From: Candidatus Sulfobium sp.
GTDB taxonomy: Bacteria; Nitrospirota; Thermodesulfovibrionia; Thermodesulfovibrionales; UBA6898
Length of the DNA: 64,000 bases
Reading direction: 5' to 3'
NCBI GenBank assembly: GCA_037380845.1
Contig: JARRRI010000007.1
Span: 1-64,000, forward strand
Within the stretch, counting starts at the first letter, position 1, and each line of letters starts with the position of its first letter. This document shows, piece by piece, positions 29,146-38,608 of this stretch. Under the pieces are notes generated by a model, which saw nothing but the letters and a program-made list of their open reading frames with translations, had not been told where the DNA came from and did not search any database. The translations under genes were made by a program, and so were the position numbers.

Positions 29146-30074
29146 AAAAGGTCCTTATACTTCTCGGACCGACCGGAGCGGGCAAGACGGGCGCGTCCAT
29201 ACTCCTTGCAGAGGCCCTCGACACCGAGATCATCAGTGCCGACTCCATGCAGATATACAGGGGGATGGACGCAGGCACCGCAAAGCCGACAAGGGAAGAG
29301 AGGAAGGCAATCAGGCATCATATGATCGACGTCGCAGACCCCTCCGGTTCCTTCAGCGCCGGCCGGTATATCGAAGAAATAGTTCCTGTCATCGACGGGC
29401 TTCATAAGGAGGGACGAATCCCGCTTATCGTAGGCGGAACCGGCCTTTACATCAAGGCCGTCACCCGGGGCATTTTCAGCGGTCCTCCTGCTGACTGGGA
29501 CCTGAGGGAAGAACTGCTGTCCCTGGAGGAAAACAACAGGGGGGCCTTGTACTCCTGGCTCAGGGAAGTGGACCCCCGCACCGCCGAAAAGATTGAGCAG
29601 AATGATACCAGGCGGGTACTGAGGGCGCTGGAAGTATGCCTCAAAAGCCGCAGGAAGATGTCGTTCCTTCAGGAGACACTGACAAGGCCCCTGCCCTACG
29701 ACTTCATCAAGATAGGCCTGACCAGAGAGAGAAAGGAACTCTATCGCATTATAAATGAGAGGGTGGATGCCATGTTCCGCGAGGGGCTTGTGGCAGAGGT
29801 GGAAAGACTTCTCGCCCTTCATCCGGACAGGGCTCCCATGCAGGCCATCGGCTACAAGGAACTGTTCCTTTATCTTAACGGGACAATTGCGAAGAAAGAG
29901 GCTGCGGACCTCATAAAGAGAAACACCAGGAGATACGCCAAGCGCCAGTTCACGTGGTTCAGAAGGGAAGAGGGGATTGAATGGGTGGACATTACCGGGA
30001 TATACGACAGCCGTTCCGTATTCGCGAAGATCAAATCCGTCCTTGAGGCACTTCATCCGGGCGTCCTTAAATAG
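29142..30074 (+). CDS. miaA: tRNA dimethylallyltransferase
   Basis: GPTGAGKT, SADSMQIY, GTAKP, VGGTGLY, AIGYKE, YAKRQFTW. Confidence 0.97.
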   Translation: MKKVLILLGPTGAGKTGASILLAEALDTEIISADSMQIYRGMDAGTAKPTREERKAIRHHMIDVADPSGSFSAGRYIEEIVPVIDGLHKEGRIPLIVGGTGLYIKAVTRGIFSGPPADWDLREELLSLEENNRGALYSWLREVDPRTAEKIEQNDTRRVLRALEVCLKSRRKMSFLQETLTRPLPYDFIKIGLTRERKELYRIINERVDAMFREGLVAEVERLLALHPDRAPMQAIGYKELFLYLNGTIAKKEAADLIKRNTRRYAKRQFTWFRREEGIEWVDITGIYDSRSVFAKIKSVLEALHPGVLK

Positions 30075-30313
30075 GGCTTGCAAGAACCCGCGGTTTGTAT
30101 CCGTCGACTGCATTCCGGACCTGCTTGCCGGTATCCGGTCCGGAATCTCTTTGCGTCGTTTCCGGTGCCGGTCGCGGGTCGGTTCACCGCACTGTTCAAT
30201 TCTAGCCTTCACCTGAGTTATAATAATGCCGTATAATATCGTGAAGAAATCCGGAGTGATGAAAAATAATGAATGACGGGAAAAACTCCAATGACAACAG
30301 GGGGGGCAGGGGA

Positions 30314-30553
30314 ATGACTACTGCGAAGACTCAGAGTTTCCAGGACAGCTATCTCAATCAGCTCAGGAAAGACAAGATGCCGGTAGTGGTGTATCTTACA
30401 AACGGAGTCAGACTGAAGGGAGTAATAAAGGCCTTCGACAACTTTGTGATCCTGCTTTCGGACATGAACCAGCAGCTGATCTACAAACATGCGGTCTCCA
30501 CCATCGTTCCTGAAAGGGATCTCGACTTAAGATTTGAAAGCCAGCAGCAGTAG
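30314..30553 (+). CDS. hfq: RNA chaperone Hfq
   Basis: [35 protein letters not shown]; mutL-miaA-hfq synteny. Confidence 0.97.
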   Translation: MTTAKTQSFQDSYLNQLRKDKMPVVVYLTNGVRLKGVIKAFDNFVILLSDMNQQLIYKHAVSTIVPERDLDLRFESQQQ

Positions 30554-30944
30554 CCACAGAAATCCGCTCCCCACAGTGGACATCATCATCCGGCATATGA
30601 AAGGGATCGTATTGATCGAAAGGAAAAACCCCCCTTCAGGGTGGGCGCTACCCGGAGGCTTTGTCGATTACGGAGAGACTCTTGAGCAGGCCGCAGTAAG
30701 GGAGGCCCGCGAGGAGACAGGGCTCGACGTAAGGCTGCTCCGCCAGTTCCATACTTACTCCGACCCGGCACGCGATCCGAGACAGCACACGATCTCGACG
30801 GTGTTCGAAGCCGAGGCGGAAGGGGAGGCCAGGGCCGGCGACGATGCGGCGAAGGCCGGCGTCTTCACCGCCGGCGCTCTGCCCGAAAATATGGCATTCG
30901 ACCATAGACAGATTCTCGAAGATTATTTCACAGGGAGGTATTGA
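30534..30944 (+). CDS. Nudix hydrolase
   Basis: Nudix box [29 protein letters not shown]. Confidence 0.92.
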   Translation: MKASSSSHRNPLPTVDIIIRHMKGIVLIERKNPPSGWALPGGFVDYGETLEQAAVREAREETGLDVRLLRQFHTYSDPARDPRQHTISTVFEAEAEGEARAGDDAAKAGVFTAGALPENMAFDHRQILEDYFTGRY

Positions 30945-30948
30945 TTCG

Positions 30949-31608
30949 ATGCTGAAGGTGATGAGGGAAAAAGCCAAGTATTTCTATGTGCTTTTCTTTA
31001 TCGTGATACTCTCTTTTGTTTTCTGGGGAGTCGGCACGATGGACAAGGGAAAAAGCGCCAATGTTGTGGCCGAGGTCGGGAGCTACAAGATCTCGGGACA
31101 GGAATACTGGAGGAGCTATGAAAACATGGTCCGTTTCTATCAGGACCTCTACAAGGACAAATTCACCGACGAGATGCGGAATCAGCTCAAGGAGCGCGTC
31201 CTTGATTCGATGGTAGTCAACAGAGTCCTCCTTATCGCCGCCCAGGAAAACAGCGTAAGCGTGAGCGACGAGGAACTGAACGATGCGATAAGAAACGACC
31301 CGGCCTTCCAGAGGGACGGCCGTTTCAATCTCAATGTTTACCGTAACAGGTTGAGGCTGTCAAGGATAAGTCCCGAGGAATTCGAAACAGCCAAGCGACA
31401 GGAGCTGCTTGCCCGGAAGATGCGCCGGCTGATAGAACTGGCTGCCGCCGTCCCCCCCGAAGCGCCGCAGGTCTCGGGCAGTGAGAAGACAGCTGAGGCT
31501 GTGAGACAGGCAATGACGAACCAGGCAAAGGAGGAGGCGGTCAGGGCTTATGTCGGGGCGTTCCAGAGAAAGATAAGGATAAAGATCAACAGGGACCTCA
31601 TCTCATGA
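30949..31608 (+). CDS. SurA/PpiD N-terminal-domain chaperone
   Basis: MLKVMR...ILSFVFWG...VAEVG..KIS...VSDEEL...PAFQRDGRF; no PPIase domain. Confidence 0.8.
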   Translation: MLKVMREKAKYFYVLFFIVILSFVFWGVGTMDKGKSANVVAEVGSYKISGQEYWRSYENMVRFYQDLYKDKFTDEMRNQLKERVLDSMVVNRVLLIAAQENSVSVSDEELNDAIRNDPAFQRDGRFNLNVYRNRLRLSRISPEEFETAKRQELLARKMRRLIELAAAVPPEAPQVSGSEKTAEAVRQAMTNQAKEEAVRAYVGAFQRKIRIKINRDLIS

Positions 31609-32579
31609 CAGGAGAAGGAGGGAGAAAGGACCTTAAATGGCTGAGACAGGTCTCATCCTTTACCTCTTCGCGGATAATTCTGACCGCCAACCGTTACCGA
31701 ATATTCGACCTTCTTGAAAACGGGGAAAAGTCTTCCTCCCAGGTTGCCCGGGCGCTCAGGACCGACGGGAGAGCTACCGAGCTATTGCTCAACAGTCTGG
31801 CCGCTATAGGGCTTTTGAAGAAGAAAGCGGGCAGGTACCGCAACGAAGGCGTCGCCTCGAGATATCTCGTCAAAGGCAAGCCCGACTACCAGGGGGATAT
31901 CCTCGATCATTATCACATTTTATGGGAAAACTGGTCCGATCTCGACAGGGTGGTCAGGACCGGCAGACCTTCGAGAAGATCGCATGACCACAGTTCGTTT
32001 ATTCTCGGCATGCACAACATCGCCCTTCAGAGGACAGGGGATGTCCTGGCTGCCATCGACTTGCGTGGTGTAGGGAGTGTGCTGGATCTGGGAGGCGGAC
32101 CCGGCACTTATGCTATGGCATTTGCGAAAAAGACTATCGACGTCACCCTCTTTGACGCCCCGGAGACAATGAGGATCTCAAGACGCCTCATCAGGGAGGC
32201 GGGGTTGCGGAAAAAGGTCACCCTTAAGGCAGGCGATTTCATGAAGGACGACCTGGGAGGTGATTACGACATGGTCTTTATATCGCAGATATTCCATGCC
32301 TTCGGCCCTGAAGCATGCACGGCTCTGCTCAGGAGATGCCGCTCATCTCTGAACCCGGGCGGGAAGGTGGTTGTTCAGGAATTCTACCTCGACGAGACGA
32401 AGGCCGGGCCGCCCCAGGGCGCAATCTTTGCCATCAATATGCTGGTCAACACCCCTCACGGCAGGACTTATACCCCGAAGGAGATTTCCGCCTGGATGAA
32501 AAAGGCAGGCTTCAGCGGAATCAGGGTGAAGCTCCTTGGCGAAACGGTGCTGATCACCGGGAACAGAAAAAAACGTTAA
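31605..32579 (+). CDS. SAM-dependent O-methyltransferase (family 2, with dimerisation domain)
   Basis: VLDLGGGPG, AGDFM, SQIFH, LNPGG, NMLVNT. Confidence 0.85.
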   Translation: MTGEGGRKDLKWLRQVSSFTSSRIILTANRYRIFDLLENGEKSSSQVARALRTDGRATELLLNSLAAIGLLKKKAGRYRNEGVASRYLVKGKPDYQGDILDHYHILWENWSDLDRVVRTGRPSRRSHDHSSFILGMHNIALQRTGDVLAAIDLRGVGSVLDLGGGPGTYAMAFAKKTIDVTLFDAPETMRISRRLIREAGLRKKVTLKAGDFMKDDLGGDYDMVFISQIFHAFGPEACTALLRRCRSSLNPGGKVVVQEFYLDETKAGPPQGAIFAINMLVNTPHGRTYTPKEISAWMKKAGFSGIRVKLLGETVLITGNRKKR

Positions 32580-32603
32580 GGCAGACTTCAGTCTGCCCGT
32601 CTT

Positions 32604-33059
32604 TTACTCCTTCTTCAATTCCGCAGTGCAGTAAGCGCAGCGCGTAGCCTGGAGCGGAATTACGGACAGACAGTACGGACATTCCTTCGTGGTCGGCTTG
32701 GGGGGCGGCGCCTCCTGTTTCCGTGAGAGCCTGTTCATGTTCCTGACCACCAAAAACATGGCAAACGCGACGATGATGAAGTTTATGATCGTATTGACGA
32801 AAACGCCGTAATTTAACGTGACTGCTCCGGCCTTGTGCGCCTCGGACAGCAATTTGTAGGGCCCGGCGGCCTGTCCCTGCTTGAGAACAACGAAGAGGTT
32901 TGAAAAATCGACGTTCCCGACAAGCAGTCCGATCGGCGGCATGACGACGTCGGAAACGAAAGATTTGACGATAGCACCGAACGCCACCCCTATTATTATG
33001 CCCACCGCCATGTCGACCACATTCCCTTTCATGGCAAACTCTTTGAATTCCTTGAACAT
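32604..33059 (-). CDS. mscL: Large-conductance mechanosensitive channel with a C-terminal Cys4 ribbon
   Basis: [33 protein letters not shown]; tail CPYC...CAYC. Confidence 0.95.
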   Translation of the reverse strand: MFKEFKEFAMKGNVVDMAVGIIIGVAFGAIVKSFVSDVVMPPIGLLVGNVDFSNLFVVLKQGQAAGPYKLLSEAHKAGAVTLNYGVFVNTIINFIIVAFAMFLVVRNMNRLSRKQEAPPPKPTTKECPYCLSVIPLQATRCAYCTAELKKE

Positions 33060-33226
33060 ATCCCCTCCTTCTGTTTGGAAGCCAGTACAGGCTTGCAGGC
33101 CTCATGGCCGCGAAAAAAATGGCCTCACCCACGGTTAAAACATATCACAAAAGAACAGGCTTTTGAAGAACTGTGAGGCTTTTTCCCCGTGATTCCCGCA
33201 AGCCGGAAGACCCTGCCTGACCGCTT

Positions 33227-34519
33227 CTAACGGGCCTGCCGGTCCTCCCACCTCAGAAGCAAAGCGTTGTCTTCAGTCATTTGAACGCTGGTGCCCAGGC
33301 TTCCGCCCTCCCTGTCCAGCACGTCCCTGAGCCATGCGGCATCGGCCTCCGATGCCCTGCGGACGCTGAAACGCCTGACCTGGGTGGGGACCATCCGGAG
33401 AGAAATAAGCCTGCCTGTCAAAGGGTCCAGGGCGGCGAAGTACATCAGCCCGAGGTCCGCCCGGTATTCCTCGTGCCCTCCGATGCCCTCGTAGTCGTCG
33501 ATGAAATCACCGCAGCCGTAAAGGATGAGCTTGTCGTGGTAGACCTCGATTCCCTTGACGTGATGGGATGAATGACCGTGTATCAGGTCTATGCCCGCAT
33601 GGTCGATAAGCCCGTGGGCGAAGGCCTTCTGCTCCCCGGTGATTTCATACCCCCAGTTCCCGCCCCAGTGGAGGGATGCGACAACCACGTCCCCTTCCTT
33701 TTTCACACTACTGACACGTTTGCTGATACGCGAAATGGCCTCTTCCGAAAGGCCGCCGAGCAGGTTCACTCCCGGCCCGTCATCCGTTGCCGCCCAGTCG
33801 AAGGGGATACCGCTTGTCACGGCCCCGAGGGAAATTACCACCACTCTTCTGCCACCCTTCAACGGTATTACCGCCGGGGTCTCCGCCTCCCGGATGTCCT
33901 TGCCGGCTCCGCAAGTGCCCACCCCCGCCGCATGGAGCGTTCCGACGGTCTCGGCCAGGCCGGCGTACCCCCAGTCGAGGACGTGGTTGTTGGCCAGCGA
34001 ACAGAGATCAGTCCCCAGGGCTGTTATACAGGGGATATTCGCCGGGTTCATCCTGTAATTGATCCCCTTGCCTTCCAGGTAATCGTCGCTCTTCGTTACG
34101 GCCGTCTCGAGGTTGATGATCCGCGCATCGGGATGGACCCGCTTCAGCTCCTCCAGGGCATCTCCCCAGATATAGGAAAAACTCACCGGCCTTCTGACCG
34201 GTCCGTTCACCTCTTCGGCGATCTTTACATATCCCTCCGCACTTTTCATAAAAGGTTCATGGATCGCCGGATCGGAGGGGTGTGGAAGCACCTGGTCGAT
34301 GCCCCTCCCGGTCATCACGTCTCCGCTCAGAAATATCGTGATCGGGGCCGGCTCTCCGGCAGATGCATTCACAACGTCTGTTCTTTCCTCACATGGTCCG
34401 GAATCCGGAAGAAACGCGAGTAATACCAGTGTCGCCCCGGCGGAAAGCAGGATTTGCTTCCGCCGGCGCTCACCCTCTCCTGGCCGGCCCCATAAAAGAC
34501 TTCTGAAAGACACCTTCAC
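33227..34519 (-). CDS. CapA family metallophosphatase-fold protein (start uncertain)
   Basis: GDVMTGRG, INLET, LANNHVLDWG, SLHWG, HGHSSHH, YGCGDF. Confidence 0.88.
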   Translation of the reverse strand: MKVSFRSLLWGRPGEGERRRKQILLSAGATLVLLAFLPDSGPCEERTDVVNASAGEPAPITIFLSGDVMTGRGIDQVLPHPSDPAIHEPFMKSAEGYVKIAEEVNGPVRRPVSFSYIWGDALEELKRVHPDARIINLETAVTKSDDYLEGKGINYRMNPANIPCITALGTDLCSLANNHVLDWGYAGLAETVGTLHAAGVGTCGAGKDIREAETPAVIPLKGGRRVVVISLGAVTSGIPFDWAATDDGPGVNLLGGLSEEAISRISKRVSSVKKEGDVVVASLHWGGNWGYEITGEQKAFAHGLIDHAGIDLIHGHSSHHVKGIEVYHDKLILYGCGDFIDDYEGIGGHEEYRADLGLMYFAALDPLTGRLISLRMVPTQVRRFSVRRASEADAAWLRDVLDREGGSLGTSVQMTEDNALLLRWEDRQAR

Positions 34520-34579
34520 CCCGGGCAGCCGGTCCGTTCATCCTTCCACGATTCCGGCCTGACAAGAGATCTTGCTTTA

Positions 34580-34744
34580 TTATCGCGCCTTTTTGACAGG
34601 ATGTAAGCCGCGGCGGAAAAAAGTCCGGGCCTTTGTACGCCGACTTTCGACGGCGTCAGGCAAAAAAACTTCCTTTTCGTCATGACTCCTGATCATGAAC
34701 CCGCATTTGGGATCACACTCAACCTTCTTCAAATTTCCGGTCAT
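34580..34744 (-). pseudogene. Truncated DUF1059-like small metal-binding protein
   Basis: SD AAGGAG; MTGNLKKVECDPKCGFMIRSHDEKEV followed by an unrelated tail that lacks the His ligands. Confidence 0.5.
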
Positions 34745-34768
34745 CTCGACTCATCTCCTTTCTCCGGA

Positions 34769-34801
34769 TTCAGAGGCGAAACCCCGGGCTTCGCCTCTGA
34801 A
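34769..34801. terminator. Perfect 12-bp hairpin downstream of 34828..35127
   Basis: TTCAGAGGCGAA-N9-TTCGCCTCTGAA; no long U tract on the minus strand. Confidence 0.5.
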
Positions 34802-34827
34802 AGATACTTTTCGTCTCTTTCCGGGTA

Positions 34828-35127
34828 TTATCCACCGATGTCGCTTTGCGAAATGGACCGGGCCGTTTCATTGACATAGTCCGGCCATAATATCCGGTGC
34901 TTCTCCTCTTCGCTTTCCGGCTTCCAGTTGAGGTCACATGCCCTTGAAAGCCCATCAAGCCGCTCGTTCAGCTCTTCTATTATCATGTGCAACGCGAAAA
35001 CCTCGGGGACAATCTTTTCCTTTTCGCCGGTCGAAAGGTTATCGAACTTCCTGGCAACTTCGAAAACCTTCGCCTGCCATCCGTTTAGCTCGGTGCTCAT
35101 ATTGTCGCAATAATCTTTTATCGCCAT
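34828..35127 (-). CDS. Small helical hypothetical protein
   Basis: SD AAGGAGG; 99 aa starting MAIKDYCDNMSTELNGWQAK. Confidence 0.75.
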   Translation of the reverse strand: MAIKDYCDNMSTELNGWQAKVFEVARKFDNLSTGEKEKIVPEVFALHMIIEELNERLDGLSRACDLNWKPESEEEKHRILWPDYVNETARSISQSDIGG

Positions 35128-35428
35128 AATCGTCCTCCTTTTTGTTTAACTCTTCTATTTCGATTCAGCTCTTTCACTTTTTTTCCCTTTACCTGTCTTA
35201 AGGATATTGCAGGCCGGCGGGAATATCAAAATTCCTTTTTGACGCTTTTGGGCAAAGAAAGGGAAAAAAGGTCGAAATAGTCCTCTTTTTAGGAAAGTTC
35301 AGATGCTGCCTCCATCTCAGCTACGAATACGGCCCGTTTAACAACGGTGGTACGATGAAATGATCAAGCCGTACATGAAATAAGCATAACCCTTTGACGG
35401 GAAAGCCTTTTTCATTGCAGCCGACTCG

Positions 35429-35995
35429 TTAGTGAAGCCAGACCGACGCCTTGACCGCCCACAAACTATCGGGATATCGCTCCTTCAGGACTGCACCGGC
35501 TCTGCCCAATGCTGTATGGTCGTCTGTGTCTTTGTAACGGCTCACGCCCTCCCAGTATATTGCTTCGGGAGCGGCCGCCGTCCCCGGGAAACGCTCTGCG
35601 ACCAGGCCGTATTTCCCCGTCGCGTCAATCCACCTCTTCTGCAGGAAAACGAGACGCGCCAGCGCCATCTCCAGCCATGCGCGAAATTCGTCCCCGGGCA
35701 GGTAGCCCTCGCTGCGCCCCCTTTCGACGCCCTGTGAGTCCATGATCAGGACAGTGGGGGTCCAGAGGACGCCGAACCTGTGAAATGCGGCGGCATTATC
35801 CCTGATGTGTGCCTCGACAGGTATAAATTCACGGTGTATGAACGCGGCGATTTCATCGTTTGAGAAAGATTCGGCCTCCAGCCGAACACACCCTCCTCAA
35901 CCCGGTGTCGCGCTGAAGTCGAGCAGCACCGGCCTGTCCTTTTCCCGGGCATCCGCCAGTGCCGCATCGACATCTTTTACCCAGTTCACAGCCAT
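35429..35995 (-). CDS. Selenocysteine-containing thioredoxin-fold protein (UxxC) with a helical TPR-like C-terminus, 188 aa
   Basis: SD AAGGAGG; MAVNWVKDVDAALADAREKDRPVLLDFSATPG-TGA(35899-35897)-GGCVRLEAESF...WTPTVLIMD continues in frame into the 104-aa ORF of the track. Confidence 0.9.
35862..35896 (-). promoter_or_regulatory. Bacterial SECIS element
   Basis: Directly after UGA: GGAGGGUGUG UUCGGC UGGAG GCCGAA UCUUUCUC, with a G-containing apical loop about 17 nt from the UGA. Confidence 0.75.
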
Positions 35996-36097
35996 ATCAC
36001 CCGCCTCCTTTTTGAACCGGAAATGTATCTGTCTCACATTCAAGGTCGCAGCAACAGACCCTGTCCCATTATTGCGCGCTACCCGGAGAAGTTCAAG

Positions 36098-37912
36098 CTA
36101 GAGCCCTATCTTCGTCAAAACACCGTGGAGCTTTCGGGTAGGAAACTTGTAAAACTGGATAAAGGAAGGCGTAAGCCTCTTCATGGCCGCGAATGTCTCC
36201 CATACAGGGTTTTTGGTAGAGATGTCCTCGAGGCCGTAAAAAACGACCCTTTCGTCTATCCCGGCGTCTTTCAGGATCTCTTCCACCTCGATCACCTCCA
36301 TGTATCCGGCCTGAATCTCGAAGACCCGCAGCCCCTTTGCCAGGTCCTCCTTAAAGAACCCCGTGACACCGAACGGGTCGTCCCTCATTATGATGGATAC
36401 AAAGATATTGTCTTCATACAGGATGCCGTGATAGAACATGGTCTGCGTGATATAAAAGGGGATTTCCTTGACGTCTTTCAGCAGGAAAAGAACGGTACCG
36501 TTGATCTTTTCCGTCGTGGCATAAACTCTGTTGAACTTCAGCAGAAAGTCGTCCAGGGGCATGAAGTCCATCATGCGATAAAGTTTCCTCTGCCCCTGCG
36601 TATAAAGGACTATAGTCGTCAGGGGGATAGAGGCCAATATGAGCGACCAGTAGCCCCCGTGCGGTATCTTCGTGAGGTTCGCGGCCAGGTACACGATATC
36701 GATAACCGTCACAATTGCGGATATCGCCACAAGAAGAGGGTTTTTCTTGAGATAGAAGATCCAGATCATCATGATCCCGGTCAGGGTCATCGTTCCGGTA
36801 ACGGCAAGACCGTAAGCCGCAGCGAGACGGTGAGACGCCTCAAACTCCAGCATGATGAAGAGGACGGCAAAAAGGAGAGACCAGTTTACGGATCCTATGT
36901 AAATCTGCGACTTTCTCTCGACGGATGTGTAGTCGACCTTGAACATCGGCATGACTCTTGTGGTTATACCCTGATATACGATCGAGAACATGCCGCTGAT
37001 CATGGCCTGTGATGCTATGATCGTGGCCGCGATGCTCAGGACAAGGAACGGGACATAAAGGATCTGTGCATAATGGAATATCATTTCAAAAAGCACGTTT
37101 TTCGCCTCGGGATGCATATACAGGAACGCCCCCTGGCCGAGATAGTTGAGCACAAGCGCAACGAACACCACCCCCCAGGACTGCCTTATCGGTCTGCTTC
37201 CCAGATGACCCATGTCGGCGTAAAGGGCCTCGCCGCCGGTGGCACAGAGAATAATCTCTCCCAGCGCCAGCACCCCCTTTATGCCGTGATGGAACAGGAA
37301 TTTTACTCCGTAATAAGGATTAATCGCCCAGAGAACGCCGGGCGCCTGCGAGATGGCAACCAGGCCGGCGAGCATAAGGGACGAAAACCATATTACCATT
37401 ATGGGCCCGAATGCTCCGGCAACCTTTTCGGTGCCCTTGCTCTGTATTGCAAACAATGCAACGGCGATGGCCATCGCTATGAGCACTATGGCGGCCCTCG
37501 ACAGATTGGCCATGCCCGGTATGAGCACGGCCCCTTCAACGGCGCTGAGTATACTGATAGCCGGTGTAATGACTCCGTCTCCCATGAGGAGGGAGATTCC
37601 GACAAAGGAAATAATAGAGACCAGCGCGATGCTCTTTTTGGATTTCAGACTCGACACCAGTATTTCCTTCAGCACGATGGTGCCGCCTTCTCCTCTCTTA
37701 CTGAGGTCCATAGCTATCCAGGCATACTGGACCGTCACCAGCGCCACGAGCGTCCATATGATCAGGGAGAGGACACCGCGTATGTTTTCATATGTCGGCT
37801 TGAGAATGAGAAATACGACCGTAAGCGTATAGATAGGGCTTGTGCCGATGTCCCCGAAGACCAGTCCCAGAGACCGGGTTATTCCCTTTACCAGAGAGGG
37901 CTTCTCTAACAT
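36098..37912 (-). CDS. kup: KUP/HAK/KT potassium transporter
   Basis: GLVFGDIGTSPIY, GEGG, GDGVITPAISILSAVEG, TGGEALYADMGH, AYGLAV, GGYW. Confidence 0.96.
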   Translation of the reverse strand: MLEKPSLVKGITRSLGLVFGDIGTSPIYTLTVVFLILKPTYENIRGVLSLIIWTLVALVTVQYAWIAMDLSKRGEGGTIVLKEILVSSLKSKKSIALVSIISFVGISLLMGDGVITPAISILSAVEGAVLIPGMANLSRAAIVLIAMAIAVALFAIQSKGTEKVAGAFGPIMVIWFSSLMLAGLVAISQAPGVLWAINPYYGVKFLFHHGIKGVLALGEIILCATGGEALYADMGHLGSRPIRQSWGVVFVALVLNYLGQGAFLYMHPEAKNVLFEMIFHYAQILYVPFLVLSIAATIIASQAMISGMFSIVYQGITTRVMPMFKVDYTSVERKSQIYIGSVNWSLLFAVLFIMLEFEASHRLAAAYGLAVTGTMTLTGIMMIWIFYLKKNPLLVAISAIVTVIDIVYLAANLTKIPHGGYWSLILASIPLTTIVLYTQGQRKLYRMMDFMPLDDFLLKFNRVYATTEKINGTVLFLLKDVKEIPFYITQTMFYHGILYEDNIFVSIIMRDDPFGVTGFFKEDLAKGLRVFEIQAGYMEVIEVEEILKDAGIDERVVFYGLEDISTKNPVWETFAAMKRLTPSFIQFYKFPTRKLHGVLTKIGL

Positions 37913-38040
37913 GGCGACTCAGTCATCTCCATAAGTCATATATTGTATACCTCAACGTCAGCGGAAACAAGCCAAAAGCAGCCCGGCGATGGATGCGGAA
38001 CAGCGAAAAGCCTTCGGGTTCTCCCGGCATTACGCATTTC

Positions 38041-38062
38041 ATTCACACTTTCTTCATAACTC
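38041..38062 (+). promoter_or_regulatory. Two 11-bp direct repeats resembling the 5658-5712 array
   Basis: ATTCACACTTT CTTCATAACTC in the divergent intergenic region between kup and ORF 38072. Confidence 0.4.
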
Positions 38063-38071
38063 GGGAATAGA

Positions 38072-38581
38072 ATGAAGAAAAGGGGAAGAAACTTGAAAAA
38101 TCATCGGATCCACGTGCCGCACGACAAGAGTGCCGGAATGTCCGTGTTCATAACGCTTCTGCTTCTTGCCGGGCTGGCAGGGGTATTTTCCTCCCCGGGG
38201 ATACGGGGAGGGAACGCCGTTTTTTCAGGGAGGGGGCAAAGCAGTGCCCTGGTCCGGGCCGGACATACTGAGAATCATTTCCAGAGGGCGCAAGAGGCGA
38301 AGACTCTGGCCCTGGCATACTATGCCAGAAAGTACGGCGACAGGGATGTCTCGATTGATATCAGAGCCGGCGGAAACCGCTCCGAAGAGGCTTTCATAAG
38401 GAAGAATGGGTTCCTCGTCAAGAAACTCTCTATCAGCGGCAACAGGGTCATTGAAGAGCATACCGGTCTTCACGACTGGATCTTTGATCTTCTTACAAAT
38501 GTAACTGACCCGAAACCCCGGAACAACTCCGTCATGCCCCGCGTGGCCGCCGGAAACTTTTATTCGGCAGCAGCCAAATAA
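38072..38581 (+). CDS. Hypothetical protein with an N-terminal membrane anchor or signal (start uncertain)
   Basis: Hydrophobic [15 protein letters not shown] segment; the ORF fills the gap between kup and the transferase. Confidence 0.6.
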   Translation: MKKRGRNLKNHRIHVPHDKSAGMSVFITLLLLAGLAGVFSSPGIRGGNAVFSGRGQSSALVRAGHTENHFQRAQEAKTLALAYYARKYGDRDVSIDIRAGGNRSEEAFIRKNGFLVKKLSISGNRVIEEHTGLHDWIFDLLTNVTDPKPRNNSVMPRVAAGNFYSAAAK

Positions 38582-38608
38582 CATCGGGGACCCGTCAAAA
38601 ATGGGGAC

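Noticed and set aside
33227..34519. Poly-gamma-glutamate capsule locus
   Set aside because: Only a CapA-family gene is present, with no capB or capC nearby.
35429..35973. Separate 104-aa and 75-aa ORFs
   Set aside because: Better explained by a single UGA-readthrough gene at 35429..35995.
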